Shown: piece by piece, positions 10,101 to 18,897 of the stretch | How the letters are laid out: the number at the start of each line of letters is the position of its first letter | How positions within the stretch are numbered: the first letter of the stretch is position 1 | From: Thermotogota bacterium | GTDB lineage: Bacteria; Bipolaricaulota; Bipolaricaulia; UBA7950; UBA9294 | Length of the DNA stretch: 43,540 nucleotides | Direction of reading: 5' to 3' | NCBI GenBank assembly: GCA_039679545.1 | Contig: JBDKUT010000090.1 | Location: 1 to 43,540 of the forward strand | The notes under the pieces: model-generated | The model's database searches: none | Told to the model about the DNA's origin: nothing | What the model saw: only the letters and a program-made list of their open reading frames with translations | Translations under genes and position numbers: made by a program

Positions 10101-12628
10101 AATGTGAACGAGTCGGGGCCGGCGTAGTCCGGGTCGGGTACGTACGTCACGCTCCCCGTCGTCGGGTCGTAGCCGACCAGCGTCCCGTGCTGCGGCCCGG
10201 CAAGCACCGTGGCCGGCAGCATGTCACCGTCCACGTCCGTGCCGACGAGCTGGACGACGACCGAGGTGTCTTCGTCGAGCTCCGCGGACTGATCGACGGC
10301 CGTCACCATGTCGTCGAAGTAGACCACCGTGAGCGCTACGGTGGCGGTGTCGCAGGCCCTCGACGGGTCGCAGACCGTGAATGTGAACGAGTCCGGGCCG
10401 CTGTAGTCTTGATCGGGCACGTAGGTCACAGCCCCGGTTGTCGGGTCGAACCCGACGAGCGTCCCGTTCGTCGGTCCCGCGAGAATCGCGTACGTCAGCG
10501 TGTCCCCCTCAGAATCCGCCGCAGAAAGCTGGATGGACAGCAACTGGTTCTGGCTAAGGACTTCGGTTTCGTCGAAGGCGACGGGGGCGTCGTTCACCGG
10601 TCGAACCGTCAGCGTCACCGTTCCCTCGTCGCACGACCCGGAGGGGTCGCAGATCGTGAACGTGAACGAGTCGGGGCCGTTGTAGGCTTGATCGGGAGTG
10701 TATGTCACCGCCCCAGTCGTCGGGTTGAGCTCGGTGAGCGTTCCGTTCTGCGGCCCGGATCCGATCGCGAACGTCAGCGCGTCGTGGTCCGCGTCCGTCC
10801 CCGTCAGCTCGAGCGCGGCCGACGTGCCCTCATTCAACATCGCCGCCTGGTCGACGGCCACCGGCGCATCGTTCACCGGCGTGACCGTGACGCGAACCCA
10901 AGCCACATCCCGATGGCCGACGCAATCCTCGATGGTGTAGCGGAACTCCGCCACTCCATGGGCATCGGCGGAAGGCGTGTACTCGATAGCGTCTCCACCG
11001 ATGGTCGCGTCGCCGAACGTGGGCGTCGTCACCGACACGATGGTTAGGCCTCCCTGGCACCGGTCGGAGTCGTTCCCGAGAACGTTGACGAGAACGAAGT
11101 TGTCTTCGGAGGTCGACGTGAGATCGTCCACCGCATCCGGGGCGACGGAGTCAACAATCTTGAGTGTCGCCCTCGCCTCGGTCGCATTGCCGCAAGCGTC
11201 CGTGGCGGTGAAGGTGACCGTCGCCGTGCCGGTTCCGGAGCAGCGCGCGCTGACCCTGTCGAAGTCGTTCGTCACCGTCACCGGTCCGCACGCGTCGGAA
11301 GCCCTCGCGGAGGCAAGCCAGGTGGCGATATCGCCCGCGTTCCCCGACCCATCACACTCGAACGTCGCGTCCGAGACCCGCAGGGTGGGTGGCGTCGTGT
11401 CGATGAGGTTGATGATCTGAACCCCCGTCACGCGGTTCCCGCAGGCATCGACCGCACTCCACGTCCGCTGGACGCGGTTCGCACTCCCGCAGCTCCCCGA
11501 GGTGATCAAGTCGGTGTAGCTCACGTTCGGCGGCGGATCCTCGTTGTCGAACGCGACGGCCTCCCCGGTGACGGACGGATCGAACGCTTCGTCGCACTCG
11601 ACGGTCGCATCGGGTGGGAGGCTAAGCGTCGGCGGCGTCGCGTCGAGCGAGACGACGGTCGAGGCTTGGGAAACACAAGAGGATGCATCCGTGACGGTCA
11701 CCGTGTACGTCCCCGCGTTGGCCGCGCTGGCGCGCGGGATCGTTGGGTTCTGCAGACTGCTCGAAAAGCTCGACGGCCCCGTCCACCGATACGACACGCC
11801 GCCGTCGGCGTAAAGCGCAATCGTTTGCCCCGGGCAGTACGGCCCGCCGTTGTCAGCCTCCGCGGCCGGCGGCTCAATGACGATCAGATCGTGGCGGGCG
11901 GTGTTGGTCGTTCCGTTGGCGTCGGTCACGGTCAGCGAGACGGCGTAGTCCCCGGGAGCCGTGTACTTGTGCGACGGGCTCGCGACTGTGCTCGTCGAGC
12001 CGTCGCCGAAGTCCCACAGGTAGCGGTACGGGGTCTTGCCGCCCGACGTCTGATCGGTGAACGACGGCGTCGCCCCAAGGCAGACGCTGGCCGGCGCGGT
12101 GAAGCCCACCGAAAGGAAGGCGTTCACGATAGGCACGGACTTGTTCGACCCGGCGCCCGCCCAGCAGTGCGTGGCGCGGGCGGCGCACTTCGGTGTGTCG
12201 GCGCACGACTCCGTGGTCACCGCGTAGGAGAGAACGGTGTTGCGAAGCTCCATGTGCGTCGAGCACGTCACGTTGGAGAAGCCAGCGACGAACGACGACT
12301 CTCCGGGAGGCACGTCGCCGAGGCACTCGTCGAAATGCTCGACGAGGGAGCCGTCTACGTAGAGGTCGGCGAGGAGCCGAAGCGCGTAGACCGTCTTCCC
12401 CATATGGTTGGAGAAGATGACGTACACCGTGATCGTCGTTGGGTCGCCCGTGACGCAGCTCCCGCCCGAAACCTCGGCCCAAACCTTCACGATCTCGGCA
12501 TCTTTGGCGTTGCAGCCCCAGCTGCAACTCGGGTAGTTGTCTGCCCCCTCAGATGCGGTCGCCGCAATGCAGAGGATGAATACACCGACCGTGAGTCCCT
12601 TTCTCATGAATCGTCCCACCGCGCCCAT
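7112..12628 (-). CDS. Giant (~1840 aa) secreted adhesin-like protein: PKD, HYR-like, 11 Big_9/tandem-95-type repeats, lamin-tail-like domain
   Basis: PKD 'YLWDFGDG..HKYTAPGDYAVSLTVTD'; 'DTTPPTL' HYR-like units; ~93-aa repeats; 'IISEIAWAG...HEWIELRN' LTD motif. RBS AGGAGG precedes ATG 12628. Confidence 0.88.
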   Translation of the reverse strand: MGAVGRFMRKGLTVGVFILCIAATASEGADNYPSCSWGCNAKDAEIVKVWAEVSGGSCVTGDPTTITVYVIFSNHMGKTVYALRLLADLYVDGSLVEHFDECLGDVPPGESSFVAGFSNVTCSTHMELRNTVLSYAVTTESCADTPKCAARATHCWAGAGSNKSVPIVNAFLSVGFTAPASVCLGATPSFTDQTSGGKTPYRYLWDFGDGSTSTVASPSHKYTAPGDYAVSLTVTDANGTTNTARHDLIVIEPPAAEADNGGPYCPGQTIALYADGGVSYRWTGPSSFSSSLQNPTIPRASAANAGTYTVTVTDASSCVSQASTVVSLDATPPTLSLPPDATVECDEAFDPSVTGEAVAFDNEDPPPNVSYTDLITSGSCGSANRVQRTWSAVDACGNRVTGVQIINLIDTTPPTLRVSDATFECDGSGNAGDIATWLASARASDACGPVTVTNDFDRVSARCSGTGTATVTFTATDACGNATEARATLKIVDSVAPDAVDDLTSTSEDNFVLVNVLGNDSDRCQGGLTIVSVTTPTFGDATIGGDAIEYTPSADAHGVAEFRYTIEDCVGHRDVAWVRVTVTPVNDAPVAVDQAAMLNEGTSAALELTGTDADHDALTFAIGSGPQNGTLTELNPTTGAVTYTPDQAYNGPDSFTFTICDPSGSCDEGTVTLTVRPVNDAPVAFDETEVLSQNQLLSIQLSAADSEGDTLTYAILAGPTNGTLVGFDPTTGAVTYVPDQDYSGPDSFTFTVCDPSRACDTATVALTVVYFDDMVTAVDQSAELDEDTSVVVQLVGTDVDGDMLPATVLAGPQHGTLVGYDPTTGSVTYVPDPDYAGPDSFTFTACDERGVCDEGIVSLTVHPVNDPPRAVDPTDVLSEDGSLTLVLAGTDADGDALTYTILTGPTHGTLVGFAPTTGTLTYVPDPNYNGSDSFTFTVCDPSGACDTGTAALAVTPVNDPPVAIGMAGTLNEDTSLLLQLEGTDVDGDVLAFSIVAGPAHGTLVGFDPATGAVTYVPDPNYSGPDSFTFTVCGPTGACDTATIALTVSPVNDPPEASPQDVWTREDVSLGIHLSASDVDGDSISYRIVIGPTHGTLLGLNPATGALMYVPDGNYNGLDSLTFSACDPAGACDTAVVAIEVVAVDDPPAAVDQTLVLDEDQTLAIELAGSDVDEDAVTFAILVPPEHGTLVGFDPDSGAVTYVPDPHYDGTDMFRFSVCDPAGACDAGTVSFVVRPVNGAPLAGDDQVTVSDDAPNPILLTGTDPDDDPLVYRLVSGPTHGTISGFDPVSGELTYTADPGYSGADSFMFEVCDPSGACDEGTIELLVVAVAHAPVSETQILSTPEDTPLDILLRAADPDGDAITYSIPGPPAHGRIESINPTTGGVVYVPDTGFDGNDQFVFRACDPSGACSAAVVTVIVLPVNEAPIVTSFETTVTAGVSVDLQLIAQDPEGASISFTIVGGPSHGTIGSFDPATGAFTYLPAEGYAGLDQIVFRACDSSGLCAEGVIQTLAVLVAGGGGALAGCQQQMIISEIAWAGTAVDPRHEWIELRNVESEEIDLTGWTVRWRPIVPAAALDGFWRVIGLSGSAGAFSGVPSVGVATVDGRWFRIDVNAGPDQDIVLLERATDDAVRDVVATQVYADELALGRLLDLPDAGALMELVDPYGCVVDRVMALAGRGAGWPGGNAIPPASMQRDQDFVEAGSAEWSTNWGPFISGHDKAGNIILGTPGTVNPPPMGEILSLLPAEGARAILIGTVLAVALPGDPSAWMTGPAMVCLTDRVRGRLAIPASELLVETSVVDGASTLVVETSNLPTGDYALWVRSAAGMVYAVLLTVLP
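8090..10880 (-). repeat. Ten degenerate ~279-bp (93-aa) coding repeats, each with a CxxxGxC pair
   Basis: The recurring unit 'VNDxP.A...GTD.DGD...GPxHGTLVGFDPxTGxVTYVPD.xYxGxDSFTFxxCDPSGACD' has ~279-bp spacing (for example gttcaccgg at ~10871 and ~10592). Confidence 0.85.
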
Positions 12629-12775
12629 GGGATCCCTCCTCGGGTCAAACACAGCCCTTTCCTCAGAACAAGGTAAACCGCAGCCGTTCCATGCTACCTG
12701 GGGCAGCCCCCGATGCCTAGACCGGAAATGCTCTAGAAGACGAGCTTTTACTGGAGGAATTGGCAGGAAACCGGA

Positions 12776-13294
12776 TCAGTGTGCAATCAGGCGGACGACG
12801 TTCTTCACCCAATAGCTGCCGGCGGATACCGCATCGTACTCTTCGTTTGAGACGCGCCCGTCCTCGGGGAGAACGGCGATGCGGAATCCGTCCTCCCAGG
12901 TCGGAACGGAGACACCGTCCTTCGCGTAGGCGATGACGACAGGGTAGCCAGCGTCCTCAACTCGTTTGCGCTCTATTGAGACACGGTACCCGTCAGCGGC
13001 CACGACATCTACGGTTGCGTAGTCCACGCCTTGGAGGATGTCGGTCAGCCGAACGCCCGAGTATGCGCCCGCGTCGCGCCAGTTGCCGAACTGATTCTGA
13101 TACTCACCCTGGCGGGTGAGGGTAGGCAGTCGGCGCAGGGCGGCAAGCGTCAAGGTTCGAGTCGCGCCGGACGGAAAAGAAACCTCGACCGCTGGCCCTC
13201 TCGGCGAGAGAGCCCATCGGACGGCAAGCGGCGTCGCGACGGCGACCGTGAGAATCACAAGCCCAACGAGCATCCCCTTTCGAACGTTCTGCAT
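12776..13294 (-). CDS. Membrane-anchored protein with one molybdopterin-oxidoreductase-like (Oxidored_molyb-like) domain
   Basis: N-terminal TM, then 'YSGVRLTDIL...VVAADGYRVSI...IAYAKDG...YWVKNVVRL'. ATG 13294 overlaps the ecfT stop (TGATG). Confidence 0.75.
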   Translation of the reverse strand: MQNVRKGMLVGLVILTVAVATPLAVRWALSPRGPAVEVSFPSGATRTLTLAALRRLPTLTRQGEYQNQFGNWRDAGAYSGVRLTDILQGVDYATVDVVAADGYRVSIERKRVEDAGYPVVIAYAKDGVSVPTWEDGFRIAVLPEDGRVSNEEYDAVSAGSYWVKNVVRLIAH

Positions 13295-14046
13295 CAGACC
13301 CACCCCCCACGCCCCGCGACAACCGCCATCGCGACAGCCGCGCCCGCGATTCCGAGCGCGACGAGGCTCCACACGCTCCGGGGGTCTTCGCGACTCGTCG
13401 TTCGCTTGGAGTAGAGCCCGAAGCACCGGCCTTTCATCGAGATCGCGATCGAGTCGACGCGGTGAAGCCCCGAAACGAGGACGGGCACGAACGTGTAGCG
13501 GGCCGCGTGGGCGATCCGTCGCGGACTGCGCACGGAGACCTCGATCCCTCGGACCCGCTGGGCCTCACGTACGGATCGCAGCTCGTCTTGAAAGAAGGGG
13601 ACGAAGCGCAGCGCCAGAATGAACAAGTACCCGTACCGATACGGAATCCCTGCTCGGATCAACCCTTGCGCGAGGCGGTCCGGATCGGTCGTTCGGACGA
13701 AGAGCGCGCTCGCGGCGAGGATGACAAGGAAGCGGAGCGCCATCCTTCCTCCGGCGAGGAGTCCGCCTGCGGTAATCCGGACGGGAGACCTGACGAAGAC
13801 GTGTCCTGTGTGAATCGACAGCGCCTGGGCGATGAAGAGAACGAGGGCGAAAAGGACAACGAAGCGAAGACGTCGGAGAAACTGTGTGGGGGGGTCTCCG
13901 GAGGCGATCGCCAGGCACCCTACCCCAAGGAGGATGACCCCTTCGACAATCAAACTTGGAATCGCAAGCACGACCCCGACCAGGGCAAGCAAGAGGACGA
14001 AGCCCGCCATCGGCGAAGAGCGATGGAGCCCTCTTTCTCCGGTCAT
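13294..14046 (-). CDS. ecfT: ECF transporter transmembrane T component (CbiQ/EcfT)
   Basis: Several TMs, 'LALRFVP', and the conserved coupling motifs 'AQRVRG' and 'SMKGRCF'. Confidence 0.9.
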   Translation of the reverse strand: MTGERGLHRSSPMAGFVLLLALVGVVLAIPSLIVEGVILLGVGCLAIASGDPPTQFLRRLRFVVLFALVLFIAQALSIHTGHVFVRSPVRITAGGLLAGGRMALRFLVILAASALFVRTTDPDRLAQGLIRAGIPYRYGYLFILALRFVPFFQDELRSVREAQRVRGIEVSVRSPRRIAHAARYTFVPVLVSGLHRVDSIAISMKGRCFGLYSKRTTSREDPRSVWSLVALGIAGAAVAMAVVAGRGGWV

Positions 14047-15482
14047 AACCAGGCCTCGGGGGTGAACGCTGTTTCTCCCAGTTCTCGCAGCCGGCCGAAG
14101 ACTTCGTCCGAAGAACCGAGAAGGCGCACGTCTCGACCGAGGTAGAGAACACGATCTGCCAGCGCCGCGGCAAGCGGGATGTCGTGCGTCACGAGGACGG
14201 CCGTTCCGCCGGCCGCGACCATCTCCTGCATCCGCGAGATCATCCAGAGAACATTCTTTCGATCCTGGCCGATGAACGGCTCGTCGAGCAAAAGCAGGTT
14301 CGGTCGGCGCACGAGCGTCGTCGCCATCGTCAGGCGCCGTTGCTCACCGAGACTTAACGACAGCGGCGCCGCGTCCTCCAGGCCCGCGAGGCGTGCGTCG
14401 TGGAGTTCGGCATCGACGCTTGGGGTGCCCCGCGGGCCTTCGAGTTCCATTTCCTTCCGCACCGTCCGCTCGAAGATCTGGTGGTGGGGGTGCTGGAAGA
14501 CGAAGCCGATCCGCGTTCCCGGAGCCCGTTCGATCGTCCCTGCCTGCGGACCCGCAAGCCCCGCGAGCAACCGTAGAAGCGACGTCTTGCCGCCGCCATT
14601 CGGACCGATCACAACAAGGACTTCGCCGGCACGCAGGGTGAAGGAGACGTCGCGCCAGAGTGGCTCGGCGTAGCCGAACGAGATCCGATTGACGGTAACC
14701 CGCGGAGGACCGCCCGTCGCCTCTCGGGGAGGAAGCGCCCACGCACCGCGTAGTCCGACTTCGGTGTAGTCGATGCGCTCCCGCGCCGGGTAACGTTCGA
14801 CAGCCCTCCCACGGTCGAGGAGAACCAAGCGTGGGGCGAGCGCGCGAAGGGCGTCGATCCGGTGCTCGATGATCACGAGCGTTCGCTTCCCGGCACAGCC
14901 GAAATCGGAAAGGGTCGCGAACAGTGCCTGCACGCCACGCGGATCGAGGTTCGCTGTGGGCTCATCAAACAGGAGGACTCTCGGCTCCATCGCGAGGATC
15001 GACGCGATGGCGAGACGTTGCTTCTCCCCGCCGGAGAGCGTCGTGGTGACGCGATCTCGTAGGTGTGCAATCCCGAGCTCGGCGAGGCAGCGCTCGACGC
15101 GGGCCCGGACTTCGGAGACCGGGAGGCGCAGGTTCTCGGGCCCGAACGCGACTTCCTGCCACGCCGAGAGCGTACAGATCTGCGCGTCGGGATCCTGCTG
15201 GACCAGCCCGATGCGGGTCGCCAGCGCTTCGGGCGCGACATCGCGGATGGAGTCGCCGCCCAGGCGAACCTCGCCGGAAATGGCTGCCGGTATCATCGAC
15301 GGCACGAACCCCCCGAGTGTCCTGCAGAGGGTTGTTTTCCCGCATCCCGAGGGACCGGCGACGGCGACGACCTCTCCCTCGGCGATGGTCTCGGAGAACT
15401 CGACGAGCGCGTCGCAGTCTCGATCCGGATAGCGCACGGAGAGCTTCGAGATCGCGATGTCGAACCGCTCACTCGACGGCAA
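14043..15482 (-). CDS. ECF transporter fused double ATPase (A-A')
   Basis: Two Walker A motifs (GPSGCGKTT, GPNGGGKTS), Q-loops QQDPD and FQHP, signatures LSGGEKQR and LSLGEQRR, and two DEP Walker B motifs. Confidence 0.92.
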   Translation of the reverse strand: MPSSERFDIAISKLSVRYPDRDCDALVEFSETIAEGEVVAVAGPSGCGKTTLCRTLGGFVPSMIPAAISGEVRLGGDSIRDVAPEALATRIGLVQQDPDAQICTLSAWQEVAFGPENLRLPVSEVRARVERCLAELGIAHLRDRVTTTLSGGEKQRLAIASILAMEPRVLLFDEPTANLDPRGVQALFATLSDFGCAGKRTLVIIEHRIDALRALAPRLVLLDRGRAVERYPARERIDYTEVGLRGAWALPPREATGGPPRVTVNRISFGYAEPLWRDVSFTLRAGEVLVVIGPNGGGKTSLLRLLAGLAGPQAGTIERAPGTRIGFVFQHPHHQIFERTVRKEMELEGPRGTPSVDAELHDARLAGLEDAAPLSLSLGEQRRLTMATTLVRRPNLLLLDEPFIGQDRKNVLWMISRMQEMVAAGGTAVLVTHDIPLAAALADRVLYLGRDVRLLGSSDEVFGRLRELGETAFTPEAWL

Positions 15483-16518
15483 CCCGCACCACCCTCTCTA
15501 CCCAGTACGCACCGTCGTACCCTGGGGCGACGAGGCGAAGGTCGTCGCCATCGAGGATCAAGAGGACATCCGGGTTGTCCGTGAGTTCCGAGAGAGGAAA
15601 CCGAGCCTCGTACCCGTCCGACGCAACGATCCGTACCGTTACCGCATCCACGGATGGACCCGCACGCTCGAGGATGAGGTTCACAGGGACGCCTGTGTAG
15701 TCGGCCGGAGGCACATAGGTCACGCTGCCGCGCAGCTCGGTCCGCACGGTCCGCTCTTCCGCCTTCCACGTCCCGTAGACGAACTCGTAGGGTGCCTCCA
15801 CCGCGCCCGCGATGGTCGCGGCGCCGGGCGTCGGGAACGGGTCGTATACCTTGAGGTAGAAGTAGACGCCTCCTGCCAGGAAGCCCAGAACGACGGCGAA
15901 CGTGACCGCGTGGCGCCAGCCGATCACGCGCCGCCGATCGGGCTTAACCGAATCCGTAGGGCGGATCAGCCGCGACGCCACGAGCACCCGTTCGATGTCC
16001 CATGCAAGGTATCCGCCGAACACGGCCCCGGAGACGAGCGCTGCGGAGACCATAAGAGCGAGAAAACTTGTGGCGACACCGGAGAAGTAGATCGCCTGGA
16101 ATACCAGGACGTTCGAGGCGCTCGCGAGGGCTCCCGCGATCATCGTGATGAGGAGTCCGCGCCGGCGCGTGACCCCGAGTCCGAGGTCGACGAACAAGCC
16201 CTCGACCGCGGACACAAGGAGGATGACGACTCCGTGCGTCCCGCCGGTGAACAGCTCGACGGCCCCCTTCGTGAGGCCGGTCAGCGTTCCGGCACCGAAT
16301 CGGCCGACCAACGCGCGGGCGAGGAGCGGCCAAACGATGTGGAGCCCGGAGATCAGCTGGCCGGCTCCGAAGGGGACCCCGAACAGCCGGTTAACGAGAT
16401 TGCCGAGATACCCGATGTAGGTGGAGAGAACCCCGCCGACGGCGGAGAGAAGCGCCATCAGGACGATGTCGCGGACATCGAACCGGTAGTAGCGCGTCTC
16501 CGAAGCGGCGGGGTTCAC
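15469..16518 (-). CDS. ECF S component (YkoE-like) fused to an extracytoplasmic Oxidored_molyb-like domain
   Basis: About 6 TMs with 'FDVRDIVLMALL..GG', 'GRFGAGTLTGL' and 'EGLFVDL'; an extra TM; then 'YTGVPVNLIL...IVASDGYEARF...LRLVAPG..GAYWVERV'. Confidence 0.85.
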   Translation of the reverse strand: MNPAASETRYYRFDVRDIVLMALLSAVGGVLSTYIGYLGNLVNRLFGVPFGAGQLISGLHIVWPLLARALVGRFGAGTLTGLTKGAVELFTGGTHGVVILLVSAVEGLFVDLGLGVTRRRGLLITMIAGALASASNVLVFQAIYFSGVATSFLALMVSAALVSGAVFGGYLAWDIERVLVASRLIRPTDSVKPDRRRVIGWRHAVTFAVVLGFLAGGVYFYLKVYDPFPTPGAATIAGAVEAPYEFVYGTWKAEERTVRTELRGSVTYVPPADYTGVPVNLILERAGPSVDAVTVRIVASDGYEARFPLSELTDNPDVLLILDGDDLRLVAPGYDGAYWVERVVRVAVE

Positions 16519-16526
16519 GGCCGACC

Positions 16527-18044
16527 CTACGGCTTCACCAGAGTGATCGACGCAAGGAACTTCACCGACTTCAGGCTGATCCCGGCGGGAAGCACCACGG
16601 AATCGTCATACACGAACCGCATGGCGCCGTCCTTCGACGTGTCAAGAAACGCTCCGTCCTTCTTGAATGCGACGATGAATTTGTCGTTGTGAGCGATCAC
16701 GCTGAGCGGCACCGTTTGGCTGTACCCGTCACTCGCCGTGAGGACGACGTTGTACCCGAGCGTCAGGAGGGCGTCGTTGAAGTCCGTGTCATCGTAGTGG
16801 ATCCCCTCTTCAATCGCCGGGAAGATGTCATCGTCGATGTAGGCAATCAGACGCCACAGCGGGAGGCCCGTGTAGGTGGCGGTCACGCCCTTCGTCGTTG
16901 CCGTGATCGTTGAGGTGTGGCACGGACAACCGATCCCCGCCTCGAGTTCAGCGCGCTGGAAGACACGGGTCACAACCCCGGTCGCCGTCAGCGTGTACGG
17001 CTGGTACTCGCCTTGAACCTCGATCTTCTGAACCATCCGCGCTGAGAGCGAACTCTGGAAGTGGGGCGTGTCCGAGCCGACCTGCACGATGCGGAAGTAC
17101 CCCGGGTCGAGCGGCATGTAGGCGCCGTTCTCCTTGTAGGCGAGGATCCAGGTTCCAGCCGACGTGTCAAGGAACATGTCGGCCTTGTAGTTCATCGAGT
17201 ACCCATCCGACGCCGTGACGAGGATCGTTGCATCCGCCGGGACATTGCCGATGAGGGCCGTCATCGGGACCCCGACGTACGCCGCGGTGTAGTCGACGCC
17301 GGCCGAGTTCGTAAAAGTACCGGAACCCGACACCGTCTCGAACGCCTCGACTTCCGCCAGGGTATAGGTGAACGTCGATTCGCCGCGGACCACGGTCAAC
17401 GTAACGTCGGAGGCCGGAGCCGACGGTGCGGCCGTCGGAGCCAATTGCGCGGCTGCTGTTGCCGCTTCGCCCAGATCAGGCAACGTCCCGCCGCCGTAGT
17501 TGACGATGACGTACGCCACGTTTTTGACCATCAGGCCCGTCGTCGAGGGCTTGTCGCCGAAGTAGTGGCTGTACTTCTCGCCGAGCGTGGCCAGCATATC
17601 GTCGTTCGAGAACTTCCCGTCCGGCGCGAGGAAGACGAGCATCGGCGCCCCTTCCCACGTCGGGTCCCCGCGGTCGAGGGCCAGAATCACGTCGCCGGCC
17701 GCCGTTCCTCCGGCAAGGACCGAAGCGGGGATCACTTTTGCGTAGCCATCAGCCGCAATGACTGAGACAAGGGCGTCTGAGGCCACGACGCCGACCGAAG
17801 CGAGGACGTCGGCGAGCCGCACGCCCGAGTACGTCGCTTCTCCCTTCCAGTTCGGATCTGCGGGATCCGACACCGGCCCCTGGTAAGCGACGGTGCCCTG
17901 CACCTTCGTGAACCTGTCAAGCGCCACCCAAGCGCTCGCGTCGCCCACCTTGACGTAGATCGGCGAGAGCGCCGCGCTCGCCGCCACGCTAACGAACACC
18001 ATCATCACTACGAGAGCCCAACAGCACTTCTTCATACTACTCAC
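16527..18044 (-). CDS. Secreted protein with three tandem Oxidored_molyb-like domains
   Basis: Sec signal (MKKCCWALVV...ASAA; the start may be ATG 18035). Three copies of YxG(V/L)x(L/M)xxxx...A(A/S)DGY...I(L/V)A, an Ala/Pro linker, and CPCH in domain 3. Confidence 0.8.
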   Translation of the reverse strand: MSSMKKCCWALVVMMVFVSVAASAALSPIYVKVGDASAWVALDRFTKVQGTVAYQGPVSDPADPNWKGEATYSGVRLADVLASVGVVASDALVSVIAADGYAKVIPASVLAGGTAAGDVILALDRGDPTWEGAPMLVFLAPDGKFSNDDMLATLGEKYSHYFGDKPSTTGLMVKNVAYVIVNYGGGTLPDLGEAATAAAQLAPTAAPSAPASDVTLTVVRGESTFTYTLAEVEAFETVSGSGTFTNSAGVDYTAAYVGVPMTALIGNVPADATILVTASDGYSMNYKADMFLDTSAGTWILAYKENGAYMPLDPGYFRIVQVGSDTPHFQSSLSARMVQKIEVQGEYQPYTLTATGVVTRVFQRAELEAGIGCPCHTSTITATTKGVTATYTGLPLWRLIAYIDDDIFPAIEEGIHYDDTDFNDALLTLGYNVVLTASDGYSQTVPLSVIAHNDKFIVAFKKDGAFLDTSKDGAMRFVYDDSVVLPAGISLKSVKFLASITLVKP

Positions 18045-18756
18045 TCTCTCCTTCGGCCGTACTCGGCCAAGCCTCGGCCGGGCACGTCCGAACCGCCACG
18101 GCCGGAATCAGCGCAAACACGTGTTCCCCGACGTAGTGCAGAGTCTCCTCTTCGGAGGGAGACTCGAGTGCATTAAGCTCAAACCCTCGCCCCTCGAGGA
18201 CAAGGTTGGTGACCTGGCCGAGCCGACGGACCTTCTGTACGCGCAGTCGGAAGATATTTTCCTTCCGTTCAAGGATCGGCGCGGGATCCGCTCTGAACGC
18301 CACGACCACCTCGGGCGGAATCTCGATCAAGAGGTCTTCGTTCGCGGAGAACGAGAAGACGGTGAGCGTCTCCTCTCCCAGTTGCACGTCACAGCGTGCG
18401 CCAACGCGACGCGTCACGGAGACGGAGAACGTGTTCTTCCGGAGTAGAGCCGAGTCTCCCGGACGGTACGCTGCGATGTCGGGCAGGGCGTCGCCGACGT
18501 TGAGCCTCTCAGACCAGAGTAGCTCGTCGACCACCTCACGCGCCGTGCCTGCCGCGACGAGAAGATCGGACAGATCAAGATCGAGGGAACGCGAGAGCTT
18601 CCGGAGACTGGCGAGGTCCGGCGCGGGCCGAGTGCCCGTCTCCATGCGCGAAAGACGGCTGTAATCGATACCTGTACGGTCCGCGAGGTCGCGCAGGCTG
18701 AGCCCCTTCTGGAGCCGGCCGGTTCGGACCACGTCGCCAAACACTCTACGAGTCAC
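18037..18756 (-). CDS. XRE-family HTH regulator with C-terminal TOBE/OB-like domain
   Basis: HTH 'GLSLRDLADRTGIDYSRLSRMETG'. The C-terminus resembles the ModC/WtpC TOBE region ('ENIFRLRV...VGEHVFALIPAVAV'). The probable start is GTG 18756, 7 nt after a TACGCT -10. Confidence 0.75.
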   Translation of the reverse strand: MTRRVFGDVVRTGRLQKGLSLRDLADRTGIDYSRLSRMETGTRPAPDLASLRKLSRSLDLDLSDLLVAAGTAREVVDELLWSERLNVGDALPDIAAYRPGDSALLRKNTFSVSVTRRVGARCDVQLGEETLTVFSFSANEDLLIEIPPEVVVAFRADPAPILERKENIFRLRVQKVRRLGQVTNLVLEGRGFELNALESPSEEETLHYVGEHVFALIPAVAVRTCPAEAWPSTAEGESE

Positions 18757-18897
18757 GTTGCGTAGCGTATCCAAGCTGTTGACGGGCGGCAACAGCCGTC
18801 GCGCAGAACTCCCACGTGCGTAGTGGTGCCGTTGTCCTTGCAAACGAGATCAGCCCGTCCTACCCTCTCCCGCCATCACGAACGGCGGAGGGCACAC

